Below, piece after piece: positions 63,298 through 64,000 of a stretch of 64,000 nt of DNA. The translations under genes and the position numbers were made by a program. How positions within the stretch are numbered: the first letter of the stretch is position 1; each line of letters begins with the position of its first letter. Location: the NCBI GenBank assembly GCA_964655595.1, contig CAZZPQ010000001.1, positions 144 through 64,143 of the forward strand. Reading direction: 5' to 3'. Source of the stretch: an uncultured bacterium. Lineage in GTDB: Bacteria; Deinococcota; Deinococci; Deinococcales; Trueperaceae. The notes below the pieces were generated by a model. The model saw only the letters and a program-made list of their open reading frames with translations, searched no databases and was not told where the DNA came from.

Positions 63298-64000
63298 ATG
63301 AATATCCATAACCAGAATAAAAACCTCATCCTTAAGCTCCGTGCAGCACTTTATGATCTTGAAGTGAACAAGCTTGAGTCTCAACTTGCCAGTGTTTTTG
63401 CCCCTGATGCCAAACTACGGCTGGCTTTTCCCTTCGGAGACATTGAGGGCCCTGCGGCTCTGTTTAGCAAGGTTTACAGACCCCTCATCCACGCCGTTCC
63501 TGATTTAGAAAGACGTGATTATATCGTCATGGCAGGTCGAGGTGAAGACAATGACTTAGCAGGTAATTGGGTAGGCTGCGCCGGTTTTTACACCGGGGTG
63601 TTTGAAAAACCCTGGCTGGACATCCCAGCAACGCGCCACCCCATCAGCATACGATTTCATGAATTTTTTCGAATCGATGACAATCAGATCATCGAAATGC
63701 AGGCACTCTGGGATATCCCTGATGTCATGATGCAAGCGCACGCCTGGCCAATGAGCCCCAGCCTGGGTATCGACTGGCTGGTACCTGGTCCTGCCACCCA
63801 GGATGGCATAATCACTGAAGCCTTTGATGACAGCCAGGCAAAAGCCTCTCGCAAGCTGGTCATGGATATGCTCATCGGTTTACAGAAACATGCTGAACAT
63901 GGCGCTGAGGCGATGGGTTTAGAGCAGTACTGGCATCCACAAATGTTCTGGTATGGTCCGGCTGGCATCGGCACCAATCGACGCATTGCTGGTTTTAGGA
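63298..64000 (+). CDS. NTF2-like / SnoaL-like domain protein, 3' end beyond the window (not in the ORF track)
   Basis: My own translation from ATG 63298 is MNIHNQNKNLILKLRAALYDLEVNKLESQLASVFAPDAKLRLAFPFGDIEG...WYGPAGIGTNRRIAGFR. The frame is open to nt 64000. It looks like a paralogue-type partner of 57866-58867. Confidence 0.6.
   Translation, partial: MNIHNQNKNLILKLRAALYDLEVNKLESQLASVFAPDAKLRLAFPFGDIEGPAALFSKVYRPLIHAVPDLERRDYIVMAGRGEDNDLAGNWVGCAGFYTGVFEKPWLDIPATRHPISIRFHEFFRIDDNQIIEMQALWDIPDVMMQAHAWPMSPSLGIDWLVPGPATQDGIITEAFDDSQAKASRKLVMDMLIGLQKHAEHGAEAMGLEQYWHPQMFWYGPAGIGTNRRIAGFR

Noticed and set aside
1-64000. A search for prophage, IS elements, integrases, toxin-antitoxin pairs, restriction-modification, retron/DGR reverse transcriptases, or other defence islands.
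   Set aside because: None of the supported ORFs carries recognisable signatures of these functions. The only nuclease-like hint is the weak NurA-like pattern in 6632-7648, reported separately with low confidence.

Overview
This is a 64-kb stretch of a bacterial chromosome with moderate GC, densely packed with genes on both strands. I can support about 58 protein-coding genes. I found no rRNA or tRNA genes, no CRISPR array, no transposase, integrase or phage genes, and no recognisable defence genes.

Core landmarks:
- the rimP-nusA-ylxR-infB operon (minus strand, 20289->16520)
- folD, pdxH, ppgK, speA and tal
- a P-type cation ATPase and a PAS-GGDEF-EAL protein
- a four-gene minor-pseudopilin operon ending in a 628-aa ComZ/PilX-like protein
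- several DNA-damage genes: an alkyltransferase-like ATL, an Mpg/AAG glycosylase, DinB and NUDIX
- in the right-hand 16 kb, two carbohydrate-type ABC transporter loci and an uncharacterised HisD-like/NTF2-like/cupin/SDR cluster

The gene content hints at a Deinococcus-Thermus-like lineage: short IF-2, PilA1-3/ComZ-like gene order, ATL, OmpH, polyphosphate glucokinase, leaderless-looking promoters and swarms of small intergenic repeats. That is only an impression.

Signals the gene list does not explain:
1. The palindromic hexamer CTCGAG is strikingly over-abundant. I hand-counted about 113 copies against about 16 expected. It occurs in coding and non-coding DNA and is depleted in the accessory-looking right end.
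2. Two families of small MITE-like intergenic repeats are present. F1 is about 115 bp, with a short form of about 75 bp, at 14 loci, and 12 of 13 orientable copies are on the + strand. F2 is about 80 bp at 3 loci. The two families cluster together, and F1 ends sometimes supply the stop codons of flanking genes.
3. An RLAN / RimK-like ATP-grasp / GNAT-C39 peptidase / MFS cluster has no experimentally known product.
4. An intrinsic terminator sits inside the rimP-nusA-infB leader.

I cannot name a single clear-cut novel system. The CTCGAG signal, the repeat families and the ATP-grasp cluster are the best candidates.
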